A stretch of 64,000 nt of DNA, taken from assembly GCA_000004985.1 (NCBI GenBank), contig GG738876.1. One strand, given 5' to 3'. The notes beneath the pieces are model-generated. The model worked only from the letters and a program-made list of their open reading frames with translations. It ran no database searches and was not told where the DNA came from. Below, one piece after another: positions 32,196-41,991 of the stretch (position 1 is its first letter; each line of letters starts with the position of its first letter). A program made the position numbers and the translations under genes. This DNA comes from Naegleria gruberi. Lineage: Eukaryota.

Positions 32196-33590
32196 ATGAC
32201 CAATGCCAGTTCTTCCACAACACGAACAACAAGTGCAAGCTACAGACAGCAAAAATTGAAAAGTAAACAAATAGATAATCAACTGTACGGAAATTTATCA
32301 GCACAACTTGTCTCCACCAACAACAATCAGCTCCAACTTGAACAATTACAAAAAACAACGAGACCTCTTCGAATATTATTGATGGGACCAAGAAATTGCG
32401 GAATTAAAACCTTTCTAATGAATGCTCTTGATATGGAAGCTGATGATTTCATGATTCGAACCATGTTATCAATGTCTCATAGAGTGAATCAAATTTCGAA
32501 TAGTAATCTTGCTGGACTTGATGATACAGAACTTACACGTCCATTGACTTTTCAACAAAAGGCAGAGGGTCTCTTTTCAGAGAAGAATAGAAATCTGACG
32601 CTCAATGTGTACATGTATATTTGTAGAGGAATCAAAGTTTTTGTAAAATGGGAATGGAAATATTTTGAAAGATTGAAGAGGAAAATTCATGAAAATTATG
32701 AACATCATCATTATCATGAGGAACATTTTGATTTGGTTTATAATTGGGAAGGTGACGAAGATGGTAAATTATTGGATGAGTTGATAAATGATTGTCGAGA
32801 GCAGAAACAATTGAATTCCAAAATTATTTCAATTTATTCCAAAATTGTGAATTATGGAAAAAAGGAAGTAATGAACGAATTTTACAATTCATTATTAAGA
32901 TCGACAAATATTAGATATTTGGATAATATTCAATAGTATGTTTGTCATAAGTTCAAATTTCATTCAAAAAATTTCAGTTTTTTCACACTTGATGCTTTCA
33001 ATAGAATTACTTCCAATGATTACAAGCCACTCAACCAAGATTTGCTCAAATCTCATCATCCAGACGATAAGGGAATTATTTCAATTCGGAGGGATGAGTT
33101 TGAATTTATTGACATTACAGGTCAATTGAATGAAAGAAGAAAGTGGATTCATCAATTTTCCAACTCTATTGATGTTATAATGTTCTTCATTCCAATTTCA
33201 GATTACAATCTAATCAATCCACTGACTGGAATGAATAGACTTGATGAGGCTTTTCATTTATACAATGAAATTCAAACAACGAAACTTTTTGAGAGAGCTG
33301 ACATTTCAATCATGTTAACAAAAATGGATTTGTTTAAAAAGAAACTAGTTTTGGATCCAATTTCGAATTATTTTGAAAAGTTTCAAGCGTCGAATGGAAA
33401 TTTAAAAGAAACTATGGAAGTGATGAGAGGAATATTTAGTCAAAATTTTGGGGAAGATTCGAATTATAGGAGACTGTTTGTGCATCAGGTTGATTTGACT
33501 GATGTGAATGATTTTAAAGTGGTTTATAGAGGAATTTCCAGTTCTCTTCGATTGGGAACTTTCATTTCAATTTTTGCTAGAAGGAGATGA
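32196..33590 (+). CDS. heterotrimeric G-protein alpha-subunit-like protein with degenerate nucleotide-binding motifs, at least 2 exons (32196..32935 and 32978..33590)
   Basis: Exon 2 aligns to the G-alpha switch/Ras-like region: DDKGIISIRRDEFEFIDITGQLNERRKWIHQFSNSIDVIMFFIPISDYN...RLDEAFHLYNEIQT...ISIMLTKMDLF. The 42-nt intron gtatgt...tttcag joins LDNIQ|YFFTLDAFNRITSNDYKPLNQDLL. However, G1 is GPRNCGIKT (not GxGxxGKS), the switch-I Thr is absent, NKxD is replaced by TKMD, and there is no MG myristoylation N-terminus. Confidence 0.65.
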
Positions 33591-33613
33591 AACCTTTCGA
33601 ATAATTTACAATT

Positions 33614-35056
33614 TTATTGAGAATTTTGATGTTTCATAACCAAACCATGAATCTTTTTAACTCTCATTTCCTTGAGGAATTCCATCGAAAGTTTGAACCT
33701 GTAATGAGAATCCAACATTACAATTTCAATTTCCTTCTCCAAGAAATCAAACAAATCGTCTGGAAGCGACGAAATTTGACGATTCTTATACAATTCAATT
33801 TGAAACAAAACATCATGTGTGGACTTCTTATCAATATTTACAGATTTAGGGCCATTAACATTCAGGAATTCTTCATATATTTCCTGAGCTAATTGGAATT
33901 TCTTTGCTTCAACAACTTCTAATTCAGTTTCGAGTTCTTGAGTAGTTGAAAGATTTTTCTTTCTCTTGGTTGTTGGTTGACCAACACTGAGAGAAGTATT
34001 GGATTTGGAAGACTGATCAACAACAGAGATGGTGGAAGGAGTTGCGTTATTGGAAACTTCAGATAATTCGAAAGAAACGCTACCTAAACTATTAGAACTT
34101 TCAGTTTCTTCACTCAATGTTTGAACCAATTCAATTTGATATTCACACAATCGCTTGTACTGCTGAACTTTTTCAAGGAATTCAAAGTTTTCAGAGTTAA
34201 ATTCCTTCTTACAATGATTCTTAAAGAGATTTCTCAATCTGTCATTATTCATGGTGTGTGAAATGTCAACTGCTAGTGCTTCTCTTAATTTTTGAACATT
34301 GTTGGAGTCTGATCTAATAGCCAACCCAAAAACAAAGATAATGACTGGAACTGTAACTACAACTGCCAAGCAAATAATTGATAATGAAGTTATGGACATA
34401 GCATTAGTGATTTTTGACACTTGTTCTTGAGAAGCAAGTACATAATCAAGTACAACATCTTGTGCAGTTCTAAAAGTGTTTCTTCTTGCGATATAAGTGG
34501 CGGAAGTAAGCAATCGAACAGCTTCCGTAAAGTTTCCATCTCTAATATTCGAAACAGCTTGAGAATCAGTATCAGTCAAATAATTAACAATTCCCTGCAA
34601 ATTATTTCTATACTGCTGCGAAATACTCTGAGGTATCTTTTGAAGCATATTTTCAGTCAACTCATCATTCACTTTCGAATAATTATTATAATAAGCCAAA
34701 TATCCCTCATTTCCCGAATAGGCAGCCACCAACGTATAAGCTTGAATATAGGCAGTATACGTAGATACCTTCGCTCTAGTAGCCAACAAATCAATATCCT
34801 CATTCATCTGACTATTTTCACTATAAATCAGCAAACCAAGGAGAATGAGGAAAGTAATGGTATTGAGGACCATGGCAACCATTGCAAAGATTTTAATGAA
34901 ATTCAATTCGAGTTTGAAGAAACAGCAGTGGACTGTGAAGGTTTTTGGCTGTTTTTGATGTTTACGAAAGGAATCGTCGAGAGAGGATTGCTGGCGTTTG
35001 AGAGGAGGTGAAGATTCAATGCTTGTTTCGATTGGTTTCTTTGTTTCGTTTTCCAT
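33614..35056 (-). CDS. membrane-anchored RGS (regulator of G-protein signalling) domain protein, 2 TM helices plus a C-terminal RGS domain
   Basis: The C-terminal half contains FKNHCKKEFNSENFEFLEKVQQYKRL...AQEIYEEFLNVNGPKSVNID...FQIELY...VMLDSHYRFKLSMEF, which matches the RGS box. The N-terminal part has two TM helices (FAMVAMVLNTITFLILLGLLIY and SLSIICLAVVVTVPVIIFVFGLAI) flanking a roughly 150-aa loop. Single 480-aa ORF. Confidence 0.75.
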   Translation of the reverse strand: MENETKKPIETSIESSPPLKRQQSSLDDSFRKHQKQPKTFTVHCCFFKLELNFIKIFAMVAMVLNTITFLILLGLLIYSENSQMNEDIDLLATRAKVSTYTAYIQAYTLVAAYSGNEGYLAYYNNYSKVNDELTENMLQKIPQSISQQYRNNLQGIVNYLTDTDSQAVSNIRDGNFTEAVRLLTSATYIARRNTFRTAQDVVLDYVLASQEQVSKITNAMSITSLSIICLAVVVTVPVIIFVFGLAIRSDSNNVQKLREALAVDISHTMNNDRLRNLFKNHCKKEFNSENFEFLEKVQQYKRLCEYQIELVQTLSEETESSNSLGSVSFELSEVSNNATPSTISVVDQSSKSNTSLSVGQPTTKRKKNLSTTQELETELEVVEAKKFQLAQEIYEEFLNVNGPKSVNIDKKSTHDVLFQIELYKNRQISSLPDDLFDFLEKEIEIVMLDSHYRFKLSMEFLKEMRVKKIHGLVMKHQNSQ

Positions 35057-35980
35057 TGTGTAAGGTGAGAAGAGATGAATTTGGAGAGAAGTAATGCAAA
35101 TGTGTTGCTTAATTTGTTATTGTTGTTGTGGAGGAGGAGTGAATTTGTTTTTTTCAATGTGGAAATTAATTTTTTAACTTTTTAACATGGAGGTATTAAT
35201 AATATGGTGAGAATGAGGATGAGGATTGTAATTTTGGATTTTATATAATCCGAGGGTCTTTCAACTTACATTCTGGTAATACTTCTCGATATCCTGATAA
35301 AAATCAAAAGATTTAAAAAGTTGACCCCGAGTATCTCTCACACGTATGGAGTCAACTAAGGACTTTCCCAAAATGGATATCAATAACGATGAAAAATTAT
35401 TATACATTCCACATTTGAAAATTGTTGAATTTTATCAGTCTGTTCATTCAGCACGTTTCTTTTATTGTGAAATCCGTTTGTTGACTTTTGGCAGCCAGTT
35501 CTGTAACCAGTATACTTGAGGAGCAGATCATGCACACATAACCATCAAGAATGCAATCTTCGTAGCCGGTGATTATATCCTCAATATTAATAAATGTCAA
35601 GTGCCAATCACAATTTCCAATTCAAGAAAATTACGACAACTAACTTATTTCAAGTATAGAACATGAACATATGGACAGTAAAGTATTGGAGGTAGAATAC
35701 CATACTGTTTAATTTGTACAGCTTTTCATATTAGGACACCTAATTGCTTTTAGTGTAAAACCACATACAATTTCATATCCATAAGTTTCCAACACTTTCA
35801 ACTGTAAATCTTTCAAAAACACATTTGTAAACTGTTTTTTTTACCATCATTCTCCTCTGTTGATTAGTCAAAATCAACTTCACCACATTCACCAATTTCA
35901 TGACAAGTTCCAATCATCACCAACACTCATTGTAATGATGATGAACTATTCTAAAATTTTACAATAATTCAAAAAAAAAA

Positions 35981-36970
35981 ATGCAAAATCATACTTCACA
36001 AGTACAGGGTGATTCTTTCTCATTGCCACCTTCTTCATCACCACCACCACCACCACAAGAAGTCTCTACACAACAGCAAACATCGTACTATTCATGGAGT
36101 CCAACTAGTCTTTCAGAAGCTGCCAAACAACAGCAAACAGAGTATTACAGTGGAGGTTCTCCAAGCTATTCACCAACTTCACCGAGCTATTCACCAACTA
36201 CACCCGTCTATGCTCCAACTTCACCAGCATATTCACCAACTTATACTCCAACCTCTCCTTGTTATTCTTATACCTCTCCATATTATAGTACGATTTTTTA
36301 TCTTCCGAGAGAGACAGTGCTGAGTTTTGATTTGGATCAAAGTGTATTGGAAAGGATTGAGAAGGAAACAAGAAATTGGGGAGTGTTGAGGTGGAGAAAT
36401 CCAGAGTTGGGTGAAAGATTTTGGGGACATGTTTATATGAGTGTTGATTCAAAGATTGTGGAAATTATTAGAGAACATTATGGACCGAAGGGATTAATTA
36501 CTAAAGTTAGGGAATTGTTGGGAGAGGTAGGAGAATCGCACTCTACGGTTGAGTATAATGCATTCTTGTTGCCAACACATTTTACTGTAATTGGGAGTAA
36601 GGAGTGGCAACAGGCATTCTTGGGATTGGAGAAGGAGGTTGAGTATTTTACAGTTAAAAATCCTGCAGAAAATGTATTCGAAAGTTCAATTGAGTTTGTG
36701 AATAGTCCATATAAGAGTTATTCAAAATTGTTTAAGGAAGAGAAAATTCAGGAATTGTGCAATTTTACCTATTTTACAAGATCTGGATTTGCAAATTCAC
36801 TTCCCAACGAAATTGTATCCCACATTAAACAATTTCTAATCATTGATCTGAAAGAAAGTGGACGAAAGGTTAAATTCTCAATCACTGGCCAAATTAGTTT
36901 AGTTCCAAGACAGTTTGGAGAAAAGCTTGGTTTCATTCTCCATGTCGATTGTCCAGAAATGAATAATTGA
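35981..36970 (+). CDS. hypothetical protein with an N-terminal poly-Pro tract and about six RNA polymerase II CTD-like heptads (YSPTSPS-type), plus an unassigned C-terminal domain
   Basis: ATG 35981 follows a 10-nt A-run. Residues about 47-100 read [47 protein letters not shown]. The remaining roughly 230 aa have no recognised motif. Confidence 0.5.
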   Translation: MQNHTSQVQGDSFSLPPSSSPPPPPQEVSTQQQTSYYSWSPTSLSEAAKQQQTEYYSGGSPSYSPTSPSYSPTTPVYAPTSPAYSPTYTPTSPCYSYTSPYYSTIFYLPRETVLSFDLDQSVLERIEKETRNWGVLRWRNPELGERFWGHVYMSVDSKIVEIIREHYGPKGLITKVRELLGEVGESHSTVEYNAFLLPTHFTVIGSKEWQQAFLGLEKEVEYFTVKNPAENVFESSIEFVNSPYKSYSKLFKEEKIQELCNFTYFTRSGFANSLPNEIVSHIKQFLIIDLKESGRKVKFSITGQISLVPRQFGEKLGFILHVDCPEMNN

Positions 36971-37238
36971 GAGAGAATACGGATTCCAAAGTATGGACTA
37001 TTCCATTCCTTTAGGACTTGATTGGCGTGATTACAAGTATCCTCAATTACCAAAAAAGGTAGTTATTAAGAATTTTTCAAAGAAGAGAACTCGTGACACA
37101 TTTGAAGAATGCAATATTAAATAAAATCTAAAAGCTTTTTAATAATCCATTTTGGTGGAAAACAAAGCAGTATTATTGGAAACTATTTAGAATATTGATG
37201 ATAAATAACACTTGAATAGCAATTTGTAATATTTGAGT

Positions 37239-38905
37239 TTATTCGAAATTTAGATCATCATAACATTCCACAAATTCATCAGAATACCAAAGTGCTCTGA
37301 GAAGAATCTTTCTTGGAAGATTCATCATTTCAGCTTCTTTCAACATTTCCTCAACAATTTGATTCAATTCCAATAGAAATTCTCCCATTCTGTCATAGAG
37401 TGAAGAATTGACTGATAACTCCTCAAGATGATTGGATGCTCTGTTCCAAGCAACTACAGCCTTGTTGAATAATTCATCTTCTTCTCCTACTAAACTGGAA
37501 TAGGTCTGAATAACTTCACTATATTTGTCAAGAACTGATCTTTTGGCCAACTTGAAACTTCCTTTTCTGTTGATGGAATCAATTAATTGGACCAGTTTAG
37601 TTCTGTTTTGTTGAGAATGTTCTGCTGGAGAGTTCAAAACACATTCACAATAATCAATCATAAGTTGGTCAACTGGAAATTCTGGAAGTGGATGCTCTAC
37701 AAAATTGTTGATTTGTTTGTAAACTTGATTTTGTAAAGTGATGAGGGAATAATCTTTTGGAAATAGCTCTTCACTCAAGTCATTTAACATGATGAAATTC
37801 TTTCTCTTCTTTCTACTACTTTCGAATGGTTTAAAAGAAACCTTTGCATTTGGAAAGAGTAATCTAAATGCAAAAGAAATGCTTCCACACACGAAAGGAT
37901 GAGATTCAGGAGAGTGAATCAAATTAATCTGATTAATCTTGGATGGAATCTCCTGCAATGCATATTTAGCAATGTGAAATAATTTGAAACAACTTTCAGA
38001 AATGGTCAACTCTTCACAATTTGGAAACATTTTAGCAATTTGCTTCATTCTAACCCCTTGTCCTTGAAATCAAAATCAAAGTCACCAACTGACAATTTCT
38101 TGACACTTGGCAGTATCTTGTCAACTGAACCAAGGTAATCAACTTTCAAGGTACATGGATTGGAATGTACATGTTCAATAGATGGTACACTGATACTTTC
38201 CATATTTTTGGCACAAGGTGGTACTTTGAAATTTTGTTTTTGGTTGAGGAATTTGACATTTCTGAGATTTCCAATACTTGCTTGAACTAATTTACAATCT
38301 TCTTCAGAAATTGGAGAGTTAAAGACGAGTTTTCTATATTGGGATGATTTCATATCCAAGAATTGAACGATCGAATTGAATGGATTGTGTTCTCTTTGGT
38401 AAACATTCTTAAATGAGATGGATGATAAGGTTGGGGTAATTCTGACAGGTTGTCTCTTTGGCAGTTGACTTGTGTCACATTGGCTATTGCTGAAATGCAA
38501 TTTTCTTAAATTGCAATCATGTGGATTGAGAATGGAGAGTAAAATTCTTGGATTAATTTCACATCCTTCAAATTCGAGTTCTGTAAAACGATTGATAAGT
38601 GACACATGCTTTTCCTTCAGCTGATCAACACCTGACAGTATCAGCTTGGCATCCATTGCAAATTTCTTCAATCCCAAATAATTTCCAACACATTCAATAT
38701 CTTTAACTGTACAACAAGTCAATTCTTCCCTTTCTCTCAACATTTTCCTAATATAGGATTGTTGAGAAGTAATTCCATCACATGCTCGATGACACAAACC
38801 AACCATTCTTCTCAACATGATCAAAATTGCATCATTTGGAATGAAACTCAATATTTGACATGCAATTTCTGGAACGAATAGAATAGAATAATTAATAGAA
38901 TGCAT
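37239..38905 (-). CDS. F-box/LRR-like protein interrupted by a frameshift or assembly error (track ORFs 38045..38905 and 37239..38048 overlap at ATGA)
   Basis: N-terminal ORF: VPEIACQILSFIPNDAILIMLRRMVGLCHRACD (F-box-like) plus Leu-rich repeats. Its TGA stop overlaps the ATG of the next ORF (MKQIAKMFPNCEELTISESCFKL..., also Leu-rich). There is no room for an intron between them. Confidence 0.4.
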
Positions 38906-39426
38906 TCTTTTCTAATATTAATAATATATTAATAAATAGCAGTAGATATATTAATAAAGCAGATCACTGATTGTCTGTTTTTTTTGTGATTTGAAAATCG
39001 AGAAAGTTTGCTTGAGCAAGGTATTTAAAAGGATTTTCATTATTTGTTGTGAATTCAAACGTGATGACGCCAATTTATTTTCGGAAGAGCAAATGTTCAC
39101 GTGAACAAAGCAAAACAAGCAAGAGTGGGAAACGTGTGAATTGGCAATGTTTGAAAAACGAGATGGAAATTAGGAATACATATCAATAGAGCTTTCAAAA
39201 ATATTCATTTCTATCAATATTTGACTTTGAAATGAATCATTGGAAGGTACTGTTGATAGTTTTGTTCAAAAAAGAGCAAATTTCAAAAGAAGAAACTTTT
39301 AAGAACTTGGAACTATTTAATGTTACAAGCAGTGAATTCATTGAAAGTAATCTTAAGATTGCCACACGAGATTGTCACCCTAGATACGCCATTTGGCAAT
39401 AAAAAAGAACAAGGAACATTTCCCAT

Positions 39427-40068
39427 ATGAATAAATACCACTTTCGAATAACATTCTTCAACACAACAACAATCAAAAAAAAAATGTACAATCCAATCAT
39501 GCATATCATTCTCAATAAACCAAACACGAATCAAATCTGGACCACCACAAAACTCTACGATCCTCTCTTATTAAAATCCTTGGAATCTTTCAGAGAATTG
39601 ATAATTGCGGAATTTTATAGAGAACAATTTTTACAAGAATCATCATTGAAAGAGTTTGAGATTCTTGTGGTGAAGGTAAAGATGGAAGATGGCAATTACA
39701 AGACATTGAATGATGAATTGGAATGGGAACAATTTGTTCAACAAATTGTAAAGATGGGTCAAACTTTACAATTTCAAGTAAAATTAAAACCTGCTAGAAA
39801 AGTTTACAAAAAGCAATTGAGGGAAATTGAGCAACGTTTGAAGGAATTGGAACATGAAACTCAACTATTGAAATTGAAAAAGAAGATTATAGAGTTGAGT
39901 AAGATTAAATCTGAAGAGAAACCTCAAGATCCAAGAGATACACTATTGGAAAGTATTAGAAATGGAAAGAAACTCAAGAAAACTCCAACTAGCACCAAAA
40001 TTATAACAAATCCAAGAGATTTGTTGATGAATAGCATCAAGCAGCGTTCCAATAATTCTGAAAATTGA
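39427..40068 (+). CDS. coiled-coil protein with C-terminal WH2 (actin-monomer-binding) motifs
   Basis: RDTLLESIRNGKKLKKTP matches the WH2 consensus (LLxxIxxGxxLKKV). A second, weaker copy is RDLLMNSIKQRS. The central region is a heptad-rich coiled coil. An alternative start Met is at 39484. Confidence 0.5.
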   Translation: MNKYHFRITFFNTTTIKKKMYNPIMHIILNKPNTNQIWTTTKLYDPLLLKSLESFRELIIAEFYREQFLQESSLKEFEILVVKVKMEDGNYKTLNDELEWEQFVQQIVKMGQTLQFQVKLKPARKVYKKQLREIEQRLKELEHETQLLKLKKKIIELSKIKSEEKPQDPRDTLLESIRNGKKLKKTPTSTKIITNPRDLLMNSIKQRSNNSEN

Positions 40069-40235
40069 AATTTCCATTCATTTTCCTCATTGTAAATATG
40101 TAAATATAAATTCTTTATTATTCGAATCATTGATTTGCAGAAATGTTTCACAAGTTGTGGAGTGTGTGCACATTATCTTATTGAGATACCTTTTTGGTCA
40201 GTTTGTGATTATAATCATCTTGTCGAAAGTCATCA

Positions 40236-41946
40236 ATGTTTAAAAAAATGAAAAAACAAGTTTCGTCCACTTTCTTACTGGTTATTTATTGTATTTTCGC
40301 TGCTTGTTTCTTGCTCAGTTCTGCTGAAGGATTAGTTCCATCCACACAACCATACTTTTTATGGCCTAATCCACAAACAGGAGAAGCAACAGTTTATTTT
40401 AAAAACGGAGGTTCGAAACCAGTCGAAACTTTGTGGGTTGGTTATGCTGCTTGGAAAGATGCCCCACAAGTTAAAAGCAAAATTTCCAATTTGATTTCAA
40501 GAGGAATTGTTCCATTCATGTAGGTTTTGATTAACTTATTTTATTGGAAATATTATTGGAAAGTCAATCTTATCATTTTGGAGATAATGGACTCAGAGGA
40601 CAATTCGAATTAGCTCTTGCTTTTGATAGAGAAATTGCTAGTGCTATTGGAAACTCTTTTGCCATTGTAAATTTGGAACCAGAATGGGATGTTGATGTTG
40701 TTTTGAATTTATTCAAATCTTCTCAAGGAACTCAATCATTATTGAATAGAATTCAAACATTTAAGAGTCTGGCTCCAAATTCAGTGGTTGTGAGTACTCC
40801 AGGATTGTGGAAATCAGCTCAGGACTATTCATTCTTTAGCTCTGTAGATTCCAAATTGAATGCTCGTGCCATGTTGATGCATGTTGTGAATTCTGGAGAT
40901 GCATCATGTGCTAAGAAACAAGATGGATCATTGTGGCCATATGGTGTAAAATCTTTGAGTGAGGGAATTTCAATGGTCAAGAGTAAGATTGATGAAAATT
41001 TGAACAAGATGACACAAGCTTGGGGTGGTTCTTTACCATTTGAGTGGATTTTGAGTGATGTTGGTGTTACTAGTTGTGGATGGGGAGCTGATGGACAAGC
41101 TGCTATTGTTAATGAATTGATTAAGGTGAGTAATTTTTTATATAACAATGAATATTCGAATTATTGAAATATTGTGGAATTATTTATAATATCAGAATTT
41201 GGATTGTTTATATGCTAGTGGATTCCGTGGATTTAATTTGAGAAATTCAGGTCCATCTGATTTATGGGAAAGAGCTATGGGTATCAACAATGAAGGAATG
41301 TTCACATTCACCACAAGTGCAGCAACCATGAATGTTATTAAAACTGGATTGACCAAGGTTAATGCATTCCTTGTCAATGGCCAAAAACCTTCATGCTCTT
41401 CAAATAATGGTGGATCAAATTCTGGTTCAACTTCCTCATACAAGGTCAATGTCATTAGTGGAAGTAATGATTGGTGGACTCAAATTGAAGTTTTGCCAAC
41501 TTCATCTGTTCAAACAGTTGTCTTGAAATGTGGATCTGCATCAACTTCATTGGAAAGACCAGCTTGGTCCCAAACTCAATTTGTCAAAGGACTTTCCGCA
41601 CAATGCCCAATGGGATCAGATATTCAAGTTATTGTCAACTCAAAATATACCTATCCTATCAAGTATACTGTTGGAGCTAGCTCTGCAAATACTCTCAGCG
41701 ATATGCCACCTCTATTCCAAAATTCTCCAACCAAATANNNNNNNNNNNNNNNNNNNNNNNNNNNNNNNNNNNNNNNNNNNNNNNNNNAGTTTGAAGCAAA
41801 TTAGTGAAAATACTTGGGAAGGTGAAATGCAAAATGGTTTTTGCCCAATTGGTGCCAATGTTCAATTGTTTGTAGTGTTGAGAAATGGACATGTTGAAAG
41901 ATATGATATTATTTATGGTTATGATAATGTTGCCAGATTGTATTAA
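40236..41946 (+). CDS. secreted multi-exon protein with C-terminal tandem Trp/Cys-containing beta-domain-like repeats (possible carbohydrate-binding). The gene is interrupted by an assembly gap.
   Basis: Signal peptide MFKKMKKQVSSTFLLVIYCIFAACFLLSSAEG. Exons are about 40236..40519, 40564..41125 and 41196..>41747, with the stop at 41946. Introns are 44 nt (gtaggt...gaaag) and 70 nt (gtgagt...atatcag). Repeated C-terminal segments are ...DWWTQIEVL...CPMGSDIQVIVNSKYTYPIKYTVG and ...NTWEGEMQNGFCPIGANVQLFVVL...YDIIYGYD. Family unassigned. Confidence 0.45.
41748..41787. other. assembly gap (40 N) inside the 40236..41946 gene
   Basis: A run of n characters. The reading frame differs on the two sides, so the true gap length is unknown. 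Confidence 0.95.
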
Positions 41947-41991
41947 TAAATATCATTAGATTTTTCAATATTCCTTTGATTTGCCAAGTCT

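Noticed and set aside
32938-33129. ORF 32938..33129 between the two G-alpha exons
   Set aside because: It lies within and overlaps the intron/exon-2 region in the wrong frame. Exon 2 in the correct frame shows strong G-alpha homology.
38045-38048. Interpretation of the ATGA overlap as a bacterial-type translationally coupled gene pair
   Set aside because: The organism is eukaryotic, and both halves look like one Leu-rich repeat protein. A frameshift is far more parsimonious.
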